A DNA stretch of 64,000 nt from Polyangiaceae bacterium (GTDB lineage: Bacteria; Myxococcota_A; Polyangia; Polyangiales; Polyangiaceae). The notes below the pieces were generated by a model, which was not told the DNA's origin, made no database searches, and worked only from the letters and a program-made list of their open reading frames with translations. This document shows positions 37,790 to 48,378 of the stretch, piece after piece (the stretch's first letter is position 1; each line of letters begins with the position of its first letter). Location: NCBI GenBank assembly GCA_033763455.1, contig JANRKO010000006.1, positions 678,986 to 742,985 of the forward strand, written 5' to 3'. A program made the translations under genes and the position numbers.

Positions 37790-40700
37790 CTAATAGCGGT
37801 AACGCCACAGCACATCCATCTTGGTTCCCAGGCGGCCTACCTCCGTGCGCAAAGACCAATCTTTGCGAAAACGCCAGTCTACCGTTCCTGAAAATGCGTC
37901 TCCGTGTTCCTGAGGATCGTCCGCGCGCTTGTAGCTTCCCTCAAACCAAACCTCATCGCTTAGCCTGTAGGCAGCGGTGTACGTGGAATACTTCCCAGCT
38001 ACCTCGGTATCCTCACTCGCTGTGCGAAGCTCAAGGTGTCCGAGGGGTGTATCTGCAAGAAGGTCACCAAGCAGGCCGGCGCCAATGCCTATCCCGGTAC
38101 TTTCCGCCGAGGTTTCCCCTTGCGCAGAGGAGCCGCCCAGAAGTAGCGCCTGAAGTTCAACCTCAAGCATGGGCGGATCGCTGCGTAGACTTAGGGTGCC
38201 CTGTTTGAAGGTGCCTCGGATGTCCACGTAAACCACGGTTCCATCCGGAGCTCGCCAGCTGGCAGTGATATCGATACGTGGATTGGTTGAGTCCCCGGTG
38301 TCGAACTGCACGAGCCCGCGCTCCACCGAAAATGCTTTACCCATCAGCTGCACGCGTCCGCCTGGCGAAAGTTCGATGGCGCCGACGACCTCCGTCTTTC
38401 CCCCCAACCGTATTTCAGGGGAGCCACGTAAGGGAATGCTCAAATCACTGCGACTAACTCGCACGGCATCACCCAAATCAAAATGGAGTACCCAAGGGAC
38501 GCCGTGACCTCGCACGTGCGAGAGCTTCTCCTCGCTCAAGGGTTGCGCAACGATGATGTCCGGGTTTTCCGCAACATCGATCACCCGGCGCGAGGATGCT
38601 TTAGGGAGCTGGGCCGTCAGCCACGGGATGGAGATATCCACAAAGAAGCGATCAGGCTCACGTTTTAGTCGAAGCTTCGCGTTTCCGGTGGCGGTTGCCT
38701 GTGACACACCCTCGATCAAAATTGGCACCGGATGGGTGAGCGCCACGCTGGCTTCACCGCTTTCCAGTTTCAGGCCGTCAAGGTGGAGGTGGATGCTGCG
38801 GCCTTCAATGTTAGGAATGTCAGAGCGAGCTTTGGCGCTCAAGGAGGAAATGAAGATGTCTGTCTGGTTGTCTTTTCTGCGAACTTGACTCGTTAGGTGC
38901 ACATCGTTCAAGCGCATTCCCATGGCGCTTAGCTGGAGTTGCCCGTCGGTGAGCTTCACTTCGCCGGAGAAACCGCCCGTTAAGTCAGCGTCGGTTGCTT
39001 GAAGAGTGCCGTCTAGATTGGCTGTGATCTTCCCGCCCAGTTCCGTGAACACGTCGCTCATCACCGGCAACAGGATCCCGGCACTAAAATCTTTCGCCTG
39101 AACGCGCACTGCTATGGGCTGTTCAACTGAGGCGCGCGGTACGGCGCCGACGAAGGTTAACGGGACTATTGCCGTGGCCGATAGCGACCCCGTGCTATCC
39201 TTCACGTGCAACGTAGTGCTGAGGTGTTTGGCACTCAGCGTGAACTCAGCTTTGCCCTCCGCGACCGGCATGCGAGCGATCGCGGCATTTTTCAGCGTGA
39301 TGTTGGCCTTCAGCGTGGGTTTGCCGGCGTCAAACCCAAATGCAACGGGACCTGTGAGCTCGCCCACAATATCTGCGTCGGCCAGGGGGGAAAACACTGC
39401 CAACGGTAAGCGCGAGAGGTTGCCCGAACCTTCAAGGTGAATCGCGCCTGAAGTTCGACCGGACAGAGCACCAGGTGGAGCGTGCCCGTTTACGGCGAGC
39501 TGTGCGACCCGGCGAGAGGCTTCGAACAGCTGGGCGTCCGCGCTAAAGCTCTGGTCGCTCGTTTGATACGAGGCGTGAGCACCGAGATCCACGGGCAGAC
39601 CAAAGCGTGTGTCTTTGGATACGAGGCCAGTTATGTCCACCGCCGCTTGGTAGCTCGGGTCTTTTAGCCTTCCCGAGATCCCGAGCCTAGCCTTAAGCTT
39701 TCCCTTCAGCTCCGGCATGGAAATCGGTGCGGGTAAGCTGTCGATGTTTCGCTCCTCTAGGGCGACCTCAGCTTGAAGGGGAATGTTGGCCCATGATGCG
39801 AGTGCTTCCAATGGAGCGCGCTGAAACGCGGCCAGATCGAGATCTGCACTTAAGACGCCAGACAATAGGGCACCCCTTGCGTCTTTCAACACACTGGTCA
39901 TGTTGATGTTGCCGGTGCGACCGTTCAGGGTGCCTCCGAGGCTGAGATCCAGGTTGGTAATTCGGAGAGGTGGCGCGTCGGTCTGTGGAAGCGTCAGCCC
40001 GAGGTCGCGGGTTTCGACTACGAAGAGCGCATTGGGAAGCACTTCGTCGCTCATGCGTTCGAGGGACACGCGTGCACTCACGTAGCCCGCCAGTGGCTCG
40101 ACATCGAGCGGAAAAAGCGCGGGATTTAGCCACGAAAGGTGGAAACGGTCGAGCTGCAGCTCACCCTTGCCGATGGCGTTTGCCCACGCCTCCCGGGAAA
40201 GAACAGGGCCAGCCAAGGTTGCGTCGGTTGAAAAGCCGACGGCTCCTACCGAAGGAACCAGTGATGCGAACTGAAAAGACAATGCCGGGCCGGCGAGTGT
40301 CCCGTCCGCTCGCAGTGACACGTTGCGAACCGGTCCCAGCGTGGCGTTTCCAAGCGCTACATGGAAGATCCCCTTCTGATACTCTGAGTTCGCATCGAGA
40401 TCCGTATCGATACTCAGGGTACCGGCGACCCAACCACGGGGCAGCCCGAGAATCCGCGTCACCGCGTCCAGATCCACTCGCTCTCCCAGAGCGTGCACGC
40501 GGACGTTCTTCGAACTCACCTCCGCCGAAGCCGCCAAAGACCCTCCGTGCCCGGAAAGCTCAAGGTCGCCGAGCGTGAGCCCCTCCGAACTCAGGCGAAA
40601 TTCGCGAAGCTTTCCCAGGATTTCCGCGCCATCTCGACGCACGCTCAGCTTCACGCCGAAAATACGAAGCGCGCTGCCGAGCGAAAGGTTCCCCTCGGCC

Positions 40701-42343
40701 TCAACGCTAGGACCGAAACGATCCGAAAGCAGAGCTCGTAGTTCGGACTGCGCCTGGTTTCCGCGGGCCTTTGCCGAGAATGTTCCGAAACGAAACCCAG
40801 GCCCCCGAAGGTCCTTCCCGTCCAAGCTGAGATCTGCAACGAGTCCCTGGGGGCGCGAGAGATCGCCCCTGAGCTGGCCCCGCAATTGGCCATTTCCAAC
40901 CTCGACACTTCCGAGGCGAAAACGCTGGACGCTCCCAGAAAGGTTGGCCTGGACGCGTCCCTTGCGGACGCTCCCACGCAGTGTTGCCTGCGCAACCCCC
41001 GTCGCTTCCACAAAACTGCGTAGGCGGGGAACCGATTCGATAATGAACGGGGCTGATCGAGCGTCAACCTCCAGATCGCCCGCGGAGCTGAGTGAAAAAT
41101 CAGCTGTAAGCGGCGCACCAGGCTCAAGGATCAGCGCATGCCCCCGAATGCCAGTGGGGTCTATTTCGCCGTTGACTTGAAGTGCTGGAATTTTGGCTTC
41201 AGCGATCAGTGTGGCTTCGGATGACGCTTTGTATTGAACAGAAGGCGTGCGGCCGTCGAGGCGAGCCTTCAGGTGCGCGTCGAGATTCAAGGACGTTGCC
41301 GGAGCGCTATCCGAAAAATCGCTCAAATCGAGGCCTTGAGCGTGCAAGTTCACCTCGGCCCCAAAGGGCCGCGTGGTTGAGACTTCCCCGGTCAACTTAA
41401 CCTCGCTTGTGGGCCCGACGACGCTCACTTGTAGATCCAGGTCTGGCAGCGCTCCTTTGGCCTCAACATGAGCTGATATCTCACGCCGGAGGGGCCATTC
41501 GGGCCACAATTTCCGAACAGCTTCAGGGTCCACGTCGGGAAGATCTGCTGTTAGCTGGACTTGTTTTCCCTTTACCCTGAATGAGCCATTCAGCTGGACC
41601 TGGCCTACCCAGCCGTCGACAGCACCCCAGAAGACGTTTGGCGAGCGAAAATGAAACGCCGCAATAGAACGGACTTCTGCAGGCAACACCCCCTTTAGCG
41701 CGAGTGAGAACCGGCTTACGTCGATCGCCGTGCTCACTGCCGATGTGTCGACCGCGGCGTGCAGATTGGACAAGGTGGCATCGAAGGGAGGTGAGCCCAA
41801 GACGGCCCCGTGGATGATCTGTTGACCGATCTCGATCACGGGCAGGCTGATGCGGAGGGAAGATGGGGTACGCGGCGCGGGGGAATTTTTGCTGGAGCCG
41901 ACGCCACTTCGGGTGGAGAGCGCGTCGAGCAAGCTCACCTCCTTGGTGGCCCCAGAATAGAGCCAAACCTCGGCCCGATTCGCTCGTAGGTGGGGAAGGG
42001 TAAGTTCGCGCAAGTCCCGGCTCATCGCGAGCGCCCAAGCGATGCGGAGTAAGGGTGCCTCCACATGGAGACCTGTGATTTCGAGTACTCGCCGTGCTGA
42101 GGCGTCGTCCACGCTGAAGCTACGGACACGGAGCCCGCGCGGCGAAATGCTTTCCACCTCACCTATACGCATCTTGCCGGAGAGAGCCGTTCCAAGTGCG
42201 CTGTTCAGCGAATCAGTGAGCACGCGTCGACCGGCGGGAGTATTTAGGTGCCACAAGAAGGCGACACTTAGGGCCGAAAGAAAGAGCAAGCTAACGCCTA
42301 GCAATTGCAAAGCAACGCGGAGCGCGCGCCACCCTCTCTGCAC
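37790..42343 (-). CDS. tamB: Translocation/assembly module TamB-like protein (DUF490)
   Basis: N-terminal TM anchor, 1517 aa of beta-rich repeats, C-terminal F.VERG.V.F...NPRIDITA..V.V.IRG..P...LLLG; follows an Omp85 gene. Confidence 0.85.
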   Translation of the reverse strand: MQRGWRALRVALQLLGVSLLFLSALSVAFLWHLNTPAGRRVLTDSLNSALGTALSGKMRIGEVESISPRGLRVRSFSVDDASARRVLEITGLHVEAPLLRIAWALAMSRDLRELTLPHLRANRAEVWLYSGATKEVSLLDALSTRSGVGSSKNSPAPRTPSSLRISLPVIEIGQQIIHGAVLGSPPFDATLSNLHAAVDTSAVSTAIDVSRFSLALKGVLPAEVRSIAAFHFRSPNVFWGAVDGWVGQVQLNGSFRVKGKQVQLTADLPDVDPEAVRKLWPEWPLRREISAHVEAKGALPDLDLQVSVVGPTSEVKLTGEVSTTRPFGAEVNLHAQGLDLSDFSDSAPATSLNLDAHLKARLDGRTPSVQYKASSEATLIAEAKIPALQVNGEIDPTGIRGHALILEPGAPLTADFSLSSAGDLEVDARSAPFIIESVPRLRSFVEATGVAQATLRGSVRKGRVQANLSGSVQRFRLGSVEVGNGQLRGQLRGDLSRPQGLVADLSLDGKDLRGPGFRFGTFSAKARGNQAQSELRALLSDRFGPSVEAEGNLSLGSALRIFGVKLSVRRDGAEILGKLREFRLSSEGLTLGDLELSGHGGSLAASAEVSSKNVRVHALGERVDLDAVTRILGLPRGWVAGTLSIDTDLDANSEYQKGIFHVALGNATLGPVRNVSLRADGTLAGPALSFQFASLVPSVGAVGFSTDATLAGPVLSREAWANAIGKGELQLDRFHLSWLNPALFPLDVEPLAGYVSARVSLERMSDEVLPNALFVVETRDLGLTLPQTDAPPLRITNLDLSLGGTLNGRTGNINMTSVLKDARGALLSGVLSADLDLAAFQRAPLEALASWANIPLQAEVALEERNIDSLPAPISMPELKGKLKARLGISGRLKDPSYQAAVDITGLVSKDTRFGLPVDLGAHASYQTSDQSFSADAQLFEASRRVAQLAVNGHAPPGALSGRTSGAIHLEGSGNLSRLPLAVFSPLADADIVGELTGPVAFGFDAGKPTLKANITLKNAAIARMPVAEGKAEFTLSAKHLSTTLHVKDSTGSLSATAIVPLTFVGAVPRASVEQPIAVRVQAKDFSAGILLPVMSDVFTELGGKITANLDGTLQATDADLTGGFSGEVKLTDGQLQLSAMGMRLNDVHLTSQVRRKDNQTDIFISSLSAKARSDIPNIEGRSIHLHLDGLKLESGEASVALTHPVPILIEGVSQATATGNAKLRLKREPDRFFVDISIPWLTAQLPKASSRRVIDVAENPDIIVAQPLSEEKLSHVRGHGVPWVLHFDLGDAVRVSRSDLSIPLRGSPEIRLGGKTEVVGAIELSPGGRVQLMGKAFSVERGLVQFDTGDSTNPRIDITASWRAPDGTVVYVDIRGTFKQGTLSLRSDPPMLEVELQALLLGGSSAQGETSAESTGIGIGAGLLGDLLADTPLGHLELRTASEDTEVAGKYSTYTAAYRLSDEVWFEGSYKRADDPQEHGDAFSGTVDWRFRKDWSLRTEVGRLGTKMDVLWRYRY

Positions 42344-44397
42344 TAGAAGTCCTCCCCAAGGCTTAGGTGCAGAGCAGCTGGAATGCCCAAAAAGTCCGTA
42401 GGCTGTTGCTCTCGGCTGCGGTTATCTGGCACCTCTTGCACACCGGGCACTCGAATGCCGACGTCAACTCGGAGTGGACCAACAGGCGTCAAGTAGCGCA
42501 AGCCTGGACCTACCGCTAGGTGAGGTGAGCGGAGGCTAAAATCCTCTCCTGCTTGAAATACGTCGCTTGTGTCCGAGAAAACCACACCACTCAGTGAGCC
42601 TAACAGGGGGAAACGAACTTCTGCGGAGGCTTCCCAAACCTCCAGCGCGCCAATGGGTTGAGCTTGACACGCCTGCCGGGGCGCTCTGGGATCACTACAA
42701 GGTATCAGCATGCCATTCGCCGGGTCAGTGATGCGTTCGGTGAGGACTTTGAGTGGTTCCTTCTGGTTTACGCCGCGAAAAGGGTAGCCGCGGTTCGACC
42801 CCGGACCACCAGAATAAAAGCCTCGCACGAGGCGAAGCAGTTGCTCGGTCGCCGGATCGGCCGGCTGGGTGAGTGCGTAAAGCCTACCGTAGGTGCCTCG
42901 AATTGCCAGCACTACGCGTTTTGAAAGCGGCCAAAACGCGCGTAATTCTGGCTGGAAACGAAGATCGTCGGAGGACCCTGCGAAAAGCTCATTGTTGGCC
43001 TGTGCACTCAGCGACAGCGAGAGTCCCTTTTTGGGTTGGAGTGGGTTGTCGCGAAAATCCAACGTGAAAGCGACCTCTGGATACGAGGCTACGATGTCTT
43101 TGTTGGAGGCGGTGCCGCCGTAGACAAACGGCGTGCGAAAGTCGAGATTGTACGAGGGAGTTAATAACAGATGGTGTTGGAAGAACGCGCGCTCAAGGCC
43201 AAGCGCAAACTTAAGTTCACGAAATCCTAGGACGTCCGCATTGTTGGGGTCGCCATCGAATACGAACAAGTAAGGGACGATGTTGAACTGGCCACGTGCA
43301 AAGCCTGTTGTGCGGCCTTCAAGAAAGGATGGTTGTCGAAGCTGTAGCTGAGACTTCAGTTCTGGTAAGGGCGTCACATTGCCCGTGATATTGTCAATGC
43401 GCGCAGGAAAGAAGTTAAGCCCGGGACGCGTGTCGATGGTTAAGCGCCGGAGGCCTCCGAGCAAGTTGCGGTCTTCCCAAGAGGCGCGGGCACCGAGTGC
43501 TAAGCGTAGGGCGTCAGCTGTAGCTCCCACTCCCGCTGTCAGGGTGCGAAGTTTGGTTTCTTCTACGTTAACCGTAATTGGAACCGTGCCGGTATCAGGG
43601 CGCCGGAGATCCGGTGCCACCTGGACTTTGGAAAAAACTCCCAAGGCGGCAAGGGCGTTTTCGGCATCCTTGAGGTCGGAGCCGTTGTAGCGGTCACCCG
43701 TTTTAAACAACAAAGTATCGCGTATGGGTTCGCTCGGGATCTCTTTGAGGCCGAGGAGGGTGATTACCCCGTAGCGACTTACCGGGCCGGGCTTCACCTT
43801 GAATTGAACGGTGGCTCGGTGCGACGGCAGCTCGACGGCCACCTTGCCCGAAACTTCGGCGAATGCGTATCCATTGTCCGCAAGGATGTCATGAAGCTCA
43901 CGTTTGCTCGCCTCGTAGCTCTCTTCAAGAAAGGGTTTGCCGGCACGGATCGTAACGGCACGGATAGCGGAGGCGGCGACTTCAAGCGGTAACCCTTCGA
44001 CGCCTTCGACCGAAATGCGATCGGTCACTACAGGCGGTCCTTCACGCACAACGATCTGAACGCGCGCACGGTGGTCGTCGACCTGAGTGATACGCGCGGC
44101 CGTGACCTTCGCCTCGTAGTAGCCGAGCGCGCGGTACTTTCGTTCAATGCGCTTGAGATCGCGAGTCAGGAGCGATTCATCCAAGATCTCGTAGTCGAAG
44201 ACGACTCCTTCCCAGATGCCGAGGAAGCGCGCAGAGCGGTGCGTCGTCAGTCCTTCCAGGATGTCGTCCTCGTCAACGGCACCACCGCTTTCGATGGCGA
44301 CGTGGTCCACTACGAGCCGTTCTCTCGGGTACGGTTTTTTTACGCAAGCGGAGCTGAGTGAAAGCACCGCCGTGAGCAGCAAGCTCGTACGGAACAA
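42343..44397 (-). CDS. tamA: Omp85 family TamA/BamA-like outer membrane protein
   Basis: POTRA-like repeats (YRALGYY, LADNGY, LAALGVF), FYSGGPGSNRGY, GPGLRYLTPVGPLRVDVG, terminal F; start placed at TTG 44397 (uncertain). Confidence 0.85.
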   Translation of the reverse strand: MFRTSLLLTAVLSLSSACVKKPYPRERLVVDHVAIESGGAVDEDDILEGLTTHRSARFLGIWEGVVFDYEILDESLLTRDLKRIERKYRALGYYEAKVTAARITQVDDHRARVQIVVREGPPVVTDRISVEGVEGLPLEVAASAIRAVTIRAGKPFLEESYEASKRELHDILADNGYAFAEVSGKVAVELPSHRATVQFKVKPGPVSRYGVITLLGLKEIPSEPIRDTLLFKTGDRYNGSDLKDAENALAALGVFSKVQVAPDLRRPDTGTVPITVNVEETKLRTLTAGVGATADALRLALGARASWEDRNLLGGLRRLTIDTRPGLNFFPARIDNITGNVTPLPELKSQLQLRQPSFLEGRTTGFARGQFNIVPYLFVFDGDPNNADVLGFRELKFALGLERAFFQHHLLLTPSYNLDFRTPFVYGGTASNKDIVASYPEVAFTLDFRDNPLQPKKGLSLSLSAQANNELFAGSSDDLRFQPELRAFWPLSKRVVLAIRGTYGRLYALTQPADPATEQLLRLVRGFYSGGPGSNRGYPFRGVNQKEPLKVLTERITDPANGMLIPCSDPRAPRQACQAQPIGALEVWEASAEVRFPLLGSLSGVVFSDTSDVFQAGEDFSLRSPHLAVGPGLRYLTPVGPLRVDVGIRVPGVQEVPDNRSREQQPTDFLGIPAALHLSLGEDF

Positions 44398-44452
44398 ACG
44401 AAAAAGCGCCAGTCGATCTCGACTGGCGCTTTTCGCTCGACGGGAAGGTTGA

Positions 44453-45157
44453 TTACTTCTTAGGCCTGCGCTTGACCCCGGGCAGAGTTGCCAGCTCTTC
44501 GGGCGTCTCGATGTAAGTGATCTTCTCAAGATCGAGGAGCCCCATGAAGGGATTGGCCTCAACGCCCGCAGAAGACTTGCCGAACGTGGTTGAATAGGTG
44601 CCAGTGACTCGTACTTTCGCACCTGCGACGGGCAGGGGATTGGGGATTTGTACACCCCAGAACGTATCGCTGAAAGTCGCGTCATCCTTGCCTTTGTCGA
44701 ACTCGGCGATGGCATCGTAGATCTGAGCGTAGTTAGACGCCCAGCCCATGACCTTAATCGTATCTTCGTCCTTGGCATCTTTGGTGTCACCAATCCAGAA
44801 GGCCGGAATGGGTGGCTTGCAGTCCTCGGGGTCAGCAACGCCCCCCTTGTGCACGGCGCACTCGGGAGCATCAGGAAGGGTGGTCTTGGTGATGTACCCC
44901 ACCAGATCGATTTTCTTGCCAGCGATCGTCGAGCGGTGCACACGGCTTCGCAGGTAATAGCCCGCCCCCTCAACCGTGTAAGCGTCGCCATCCTTCACGG
45001 GCTTCTTCGACAAGCTGGGGACGGCGGGCAGGGATGCCTTCGGCCCCTTGTACGCCTCCACAGGCTTGTAGGGGATTTCTTCTTGCCCACACCCGGCCAC
45101 GCTCGCGAGCATGAGGGAACAAGCGGGCAACAGAGAGATACGAAATAGCATCGACAT
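44453..45157 (-). CDS. Hypothetical lipoprotein
   Basis: GGAGG RBS upstream; LASVAGC lipobox. Confidence 0.75.
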   Translation of the reverse strand: MSMLFRISLLPACSLMLASVAGCGQEEIPYKPVEAYKGPKASLPAVPSLSKKPVKDGDAYTVEGAGYYLRSRVHRSTIAGKKIDLVGYITKTTLPDAPECAVHKGGVADPEDCKPPIPAFWIGDTKDAKDEDTIKVMGWASNYAQIYDAIAEFDKGKDDATFSDTFWGVQIPNPLPVAGAKVRVTGTYSTTFGKSSAGVEANPFMGLLDLEKITYIETPEELATLPGVKRRPKK

Positions 45158-45346
45158 TCAACGGCCTCCTCGGAAATTACTCTGGCACGGTAATGCGCCC
45201 CTAGGGCGTTCGGCAACCCCGTGTAAACAAAAAGCTGAGGTAAATCACTGGGGAAAGAATTTCCGTGGTCGATTTCCTGAGGGGCAGAGGCCCCAAGGGT
45301 CCGACTCACGGAGTTTCCGCCAACCGTACTAACGTGGGGAACCCGC

Positions 45347-46099
45347 ATGAGCCGCCGACACCGCGTTCCAGTTGAAACTCTTGTGCGGGGGGAGCTCGCC
45401 TTGAGCGCCGAGGCCGCCAAGTACGTATGCCGGGTCTTGCGGGTAGCTGTTGGTGATAGCCTGGAGTTGTTTGACCCCTCAGAAGCGATTCAGGCTGACG
45501 CGGAGGTGCTCTCGTGCGAACCCACTCGCGTGGTGTGCCGAGTGGGGATTGTGAGCCAAGCGACGGCTATCCCAAAAGTCAAAGTGGTGCTCGTGCAAGG
45601 GATGAGCAAGGGCGATCGGGTTGAGCGGGTTATGAAGGACGCGACAGCGCTCGCGGTGAGCGAAGTTATGGTAACTGGATGTGAAAGATCAGTGTTGCCT
45701 GCGCCGCACGCCGAAGACACGCGAATGCTCCGTTGGCGACGAATTGCCTTGGAGGCGGCACGTCAGTCTGGGCGCGGCGACGTTCCCCGGATAACCGTTA
45801 CCGAATCGCTGGTGGACGTGATGGATTCGATACGTGAGGGCTTCAAGGTCGTGCTCGATCCGCAGGCGGACGCCACGCTGAGTGAACACCTCGTCACCTG
45901 GGAGCGGCTGCAGCGCATTGTCGTTGCCGTGGGTCCAGAGGGTGGCTTCTCACCCGCCGAAATTTCAGAATTTGAGCGGCAAGGTTGGCTTCGCGCGGCG
46001 CTAGGTCCGTTCACATTGCGAACCGAGCTTGCTCCCGCTGTGGCACTCGCTCAAATCTCGGCCCATGCGCACCCCAAAAAAGAAAGCTCTTTAGGATGA
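45347..46099 (+). CDS. rsmE: 16S rRNA (uracil(1498)-N3)-methyltransferase
   Basis: [31 protein letters not shown]...LRTE.A. Confidence 0.92.
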   Translation: MSRRHRVPVETLVRGELALSAEAAKYVCRVLRVAVGDSLELFDPSEAIQADAEVLSCEPTRVVCRVGIVSQATAIPKVKVVLVQGMSKGDRVERVMKDATALAVSEVMVTGCERSVLPAPHAEDTRMLRWRRIALEAARQSGRGDVPRITVTESLVDVMDSIREGFKVVLDPQADATLSEHLVTWERLQRIVVAVGPEGGFSPAEISEFERQGWLRAALGPFTLRTELAPAVALAQISAHAHPKKESSLG

Positions 46100-46500
46100 A
46101 CCCAAGCTCGGACATGAAGCTAAGGATCCTCGTCGCCAAGCCCGGCCTCGACGGCCACGATCGAGGGGCCAAGATCGTCGCTCGCGCACTTCGGGATGCT
46201 GGCTTTGAAGTCATCTACACGGGGCTGCACCAAACTCCAGAAATGATTGCCGCTGCTGCGGTCCAGGAAGACGTGGATGCCGTAGGGCTTTCCATCATGA
46301 GCGGTGCTCACAACACGCTCTTCCCAGCAGTTCTCGACGCCTTGGCCCGGCGTGGAGCCCAAGACATTGCAGTCTTTGGCGGCGGCATCATTCCCGATGA
46401 AGATGTGGAGCGGCTTCTAGAGCTCGGCGTGCGCAAGATCTTTCTACCTGGCACGCCCATCGCCGAAATTGTCGAGTGGGTGGGGAGTTTGGCGCGCTAG
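46096..46500 (+). CDS. Stand-alone cobalamin-binding subunit of acyl-CoA (methylmalonyl-CoA-type) mutase
   Basis: [12 protein letters not shown] (DxHxxG), [31 protein letters not shown] overlap with rsmE. Confidence 0.93.
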   Translation: MNPSSDMKLRILVAKPGLDGHDRGAKIVARALRDAGFEVIYTGLHQTPEMIAAAAVQEDVDAVGLSIMSGAHNTLFPAVLDALARRGAQDIAVFGGGIIPDEDVERLLELGVRKIFLPGTPIAEIVEWVGSLAR

Positions 46501-46869
46501 GTGAGGTTGATTTCTGAAGCACTTGTGGACCTTAGGTCCATGTTGAGCTGAAGTTTCAGCCGTGTCTCGCAGGCCACGCCGTGCGGGGCCTATGCCACGC
46601 GACGCCAAGGTGCGTGTGCGTTCATCCCTTTACAAACCTTGAGCATTCGTTCGCCGTAACAGGCGGAACATCTCTTGCGACTGCGCGTGCATGTGGTTCG
46701 CGCTGATCCCGGCCGTGGTTTCGCTCTGGCTCCTGCTCTCGACCTTGAGCCTCCGCCCGCCTCCTCCAGTAACTGACATTCTGACCAGTAAGCGGATGTA
46801 GGATATTGGAGCTAATTGAGGGGCGCTTGATCCAGCAGGATCTGCGCTGGTTTGGAGCGAATTCGGCGG

Positions 46870-46930
46870 TTGACAGGCCAGCCGGAAACCCTCTATCTGT
46901 CTATAAGTGGGAAGAAGTGGGGCTAAGTGT
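46870..46930 (+). promoter_or_regulatory. dcw promoter with MraZ-binding repeats
   Basis: TTGACA at 46870; AAGTGG (46905), AAGTGG (46915), AAGTGT (46925) at 10-bp period directly upstream of mraZ. Confidence 0.75.
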
Positions 46931-46954
46931 CGCACCTTCCCATCAAGGCCCAAG

Positions 46955-47404
46955 ATGTTCCGCGGACAGTTTGCTCACTCCATCGATTCGAAAGGGCGCG
47001 TCAGTTTGCCGGCGCGATTCCGCGAAGCGTTGGTGTCGCCGAGCGACTCTCGATTTGTGCTCACGCCCGCGCTCTTTGATCCCTGCTTGCACGTTTACCC
47101 GATGCAGGCCTGGGAAGCATTCGAACAGAAGATTTCTGAGTTGCCGAGTATGGATGTGAACGTGGTGCGCTTTCGTCGCATGTACGTGTCCGCGGCGGTG
47201 GAGTGTGAGATCGACGGCTCAGGCCGCGTGCTCATTCCGCCACAGATGCGTGAAAAAGCTCAACTTGAAAAAGACGTTGTTTGGGCGGGTATGGGGCAAA
47301 TCCTAGAGCTCTGGGGGAAGAGCGAGTGGGATAAGAGTCTTTCGATGACGCCAGCCGAGGCAGCCGACTTCAAACGCGCAGTTATGGAGCAGATTCGAAT
47401 ATGA
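46955..47404 (+). CDS. mraZ: Division/cell wall cluster transcriptional repressor MraZ
   Basis: MFRG..HSIDSKGRVSLPARFR, EIDGSGRVLIP, ELW. Confidence 0.97.
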   Translation: MFRGQFAHSIDSKGRVSLPARFREALVSPSDSRFVLTPALFDPCLHVYPMQAWEAFEQKISELPSMDVNVVRFRRMYVSAAVECEIDGSGRVLIPPQMREKAQLEKDVVWAGMGQILELWGKSEWDKSLSMTPAEAADFKRAVMEQIRI

Positions 47405-48378
47405 GCATGCCAGCCCTACGTTTGGATGAATCTATCATGTTTGAGCACAAGCCTATCATGGTTGAGCCCGTCATACAGGCGCTCGCTCCCCAGCCCCGTG
47501 GCATCTACATTGACGCTACGGCGGGCGGAGGCGGGCACAGTGCTGCCATTCTCGAAGCGTGTGCGGAAGCCAACGTGATCGCGTTTGATCGTGATTTGGA
47601 AGCTGTAGAGGCGGCAAGCGCTAGGCTCGCGAAATATGGCCACCGCGCCGAGGTCGTGCACTTAAGCTTTGATGGGATCAAGGAGTGGCTTCGGCAGCGC
47701 AATATCTCCAAAGTGGACGGCATTTTGGCTGATCTCGGAGTGAGCTCACATCAGATTGATTCGGCCGAAAGGGGCATGAGCTTCCGCATGGAGGGCCCGC
47801 TCGATATGAGAATGGACGCCTCCCGAGGGCCGACGGCGCTCGAACTCATCGAAGGCTGGTCGCAAGATGAGCTTGCGGACGTGATCTATCAGTTCGGCGA
47901 GGAGCGGCGCTCTCGGCGTGTGGCTCGCTGCATCAAGCAAGCCCTTGAGCTCGATGAGCTGCACACAACCCTTGATCTGCGCCGTGCGATTGTGCGAGCC
48001 GTGGGGCCTCAGCGAACGGGTGGCCTCGACCCAGCAACACGCACCTTTCAAGCACTTCGCATAGCTGTTAACGGCGAGCTCGATCAGCTGAAGGTAATTC
48101 TCGATCTTGCTCGTGAAATTCTGGTGCTTGGGGGAACGGCGGCTATTATGAGCTTTCATTCCTTGGAGGATCGCTTGGTAAAGCGCGCCTTCACTAACAA
48201 AACGGTGTGGGAGCGCCTTTCCACCAAGCCAATTGTCGCGAACGCCCAAGAGCAACAAGAAAACCCCCGCTCGCGCAGCGCCAAGTTGCGAGCGGCTCGG
48301 CGTTGTTGGACGGAAGATTTGAGTCCGGAGCCTCCGTATGCCGCGCCGGTAGTGAGCCTTGGCCGGAGGCTCGGATGA
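47401..48378 (+). CDS. rsmH: 16S rRNA (cytosine(1402)-N4)-methyltransferase
   Basis: DATAGGGGHS, DLGVSSHQ, RGMSF..GPLDMRMD, ATRTFQALRIAVN, SFHSLEDR, NPRSRSAKLR. Confidence 0.97.
   Translation: MSMPALRLDESIMFEHKPIMVEPVIQALAPQPRGIYIDATAGGGGHSAAILEACAEANVIAFDRDLEAVEAASARLAKYGHRAEVVHLSFDGIKEWLRQRNISKVDGILADLGVSSHQIDSAERGMSFRMEGPLDMRMDASRGPTALELIEGWSQDELADVIYQFGEERRSRRVARCIKQALELDELHTTLDLRRAIVRAVGPQRTGGLDPATRTFQALRIAVNGELDQLKVILDLAREILVLGGTAAIMSFHSLEDRLVKRAFTNKTVWERLSTKPIVANAQEQQENPRSRSAKLRAARRCWTEDLSPEPPYAAPVVSLGRRLG

Noticed and set aside
44398..44991. 5' extension of the 882-aa Omp85 ORF
   Set aside because: Overlaps the same-strand lipoprotein gene in another frame and has Arg/Ser/Pro-rich non-protein-like composition; the signal peptide begins near 44397
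45182..45196. CTGGCACGGTAATGC sigma54-like motif upstream of rsmE
   Set aside because: GG-to-GC spacing is 9 nt rather than the required 10
46501..46869. 370-bp intergenic region upstream of mraZ, where RNase P RNA is sometimes found
   Set aside because: No GAGGAAAGTCC or other conserved rnpB motif seen on either strand; the short ORFs here look spurious
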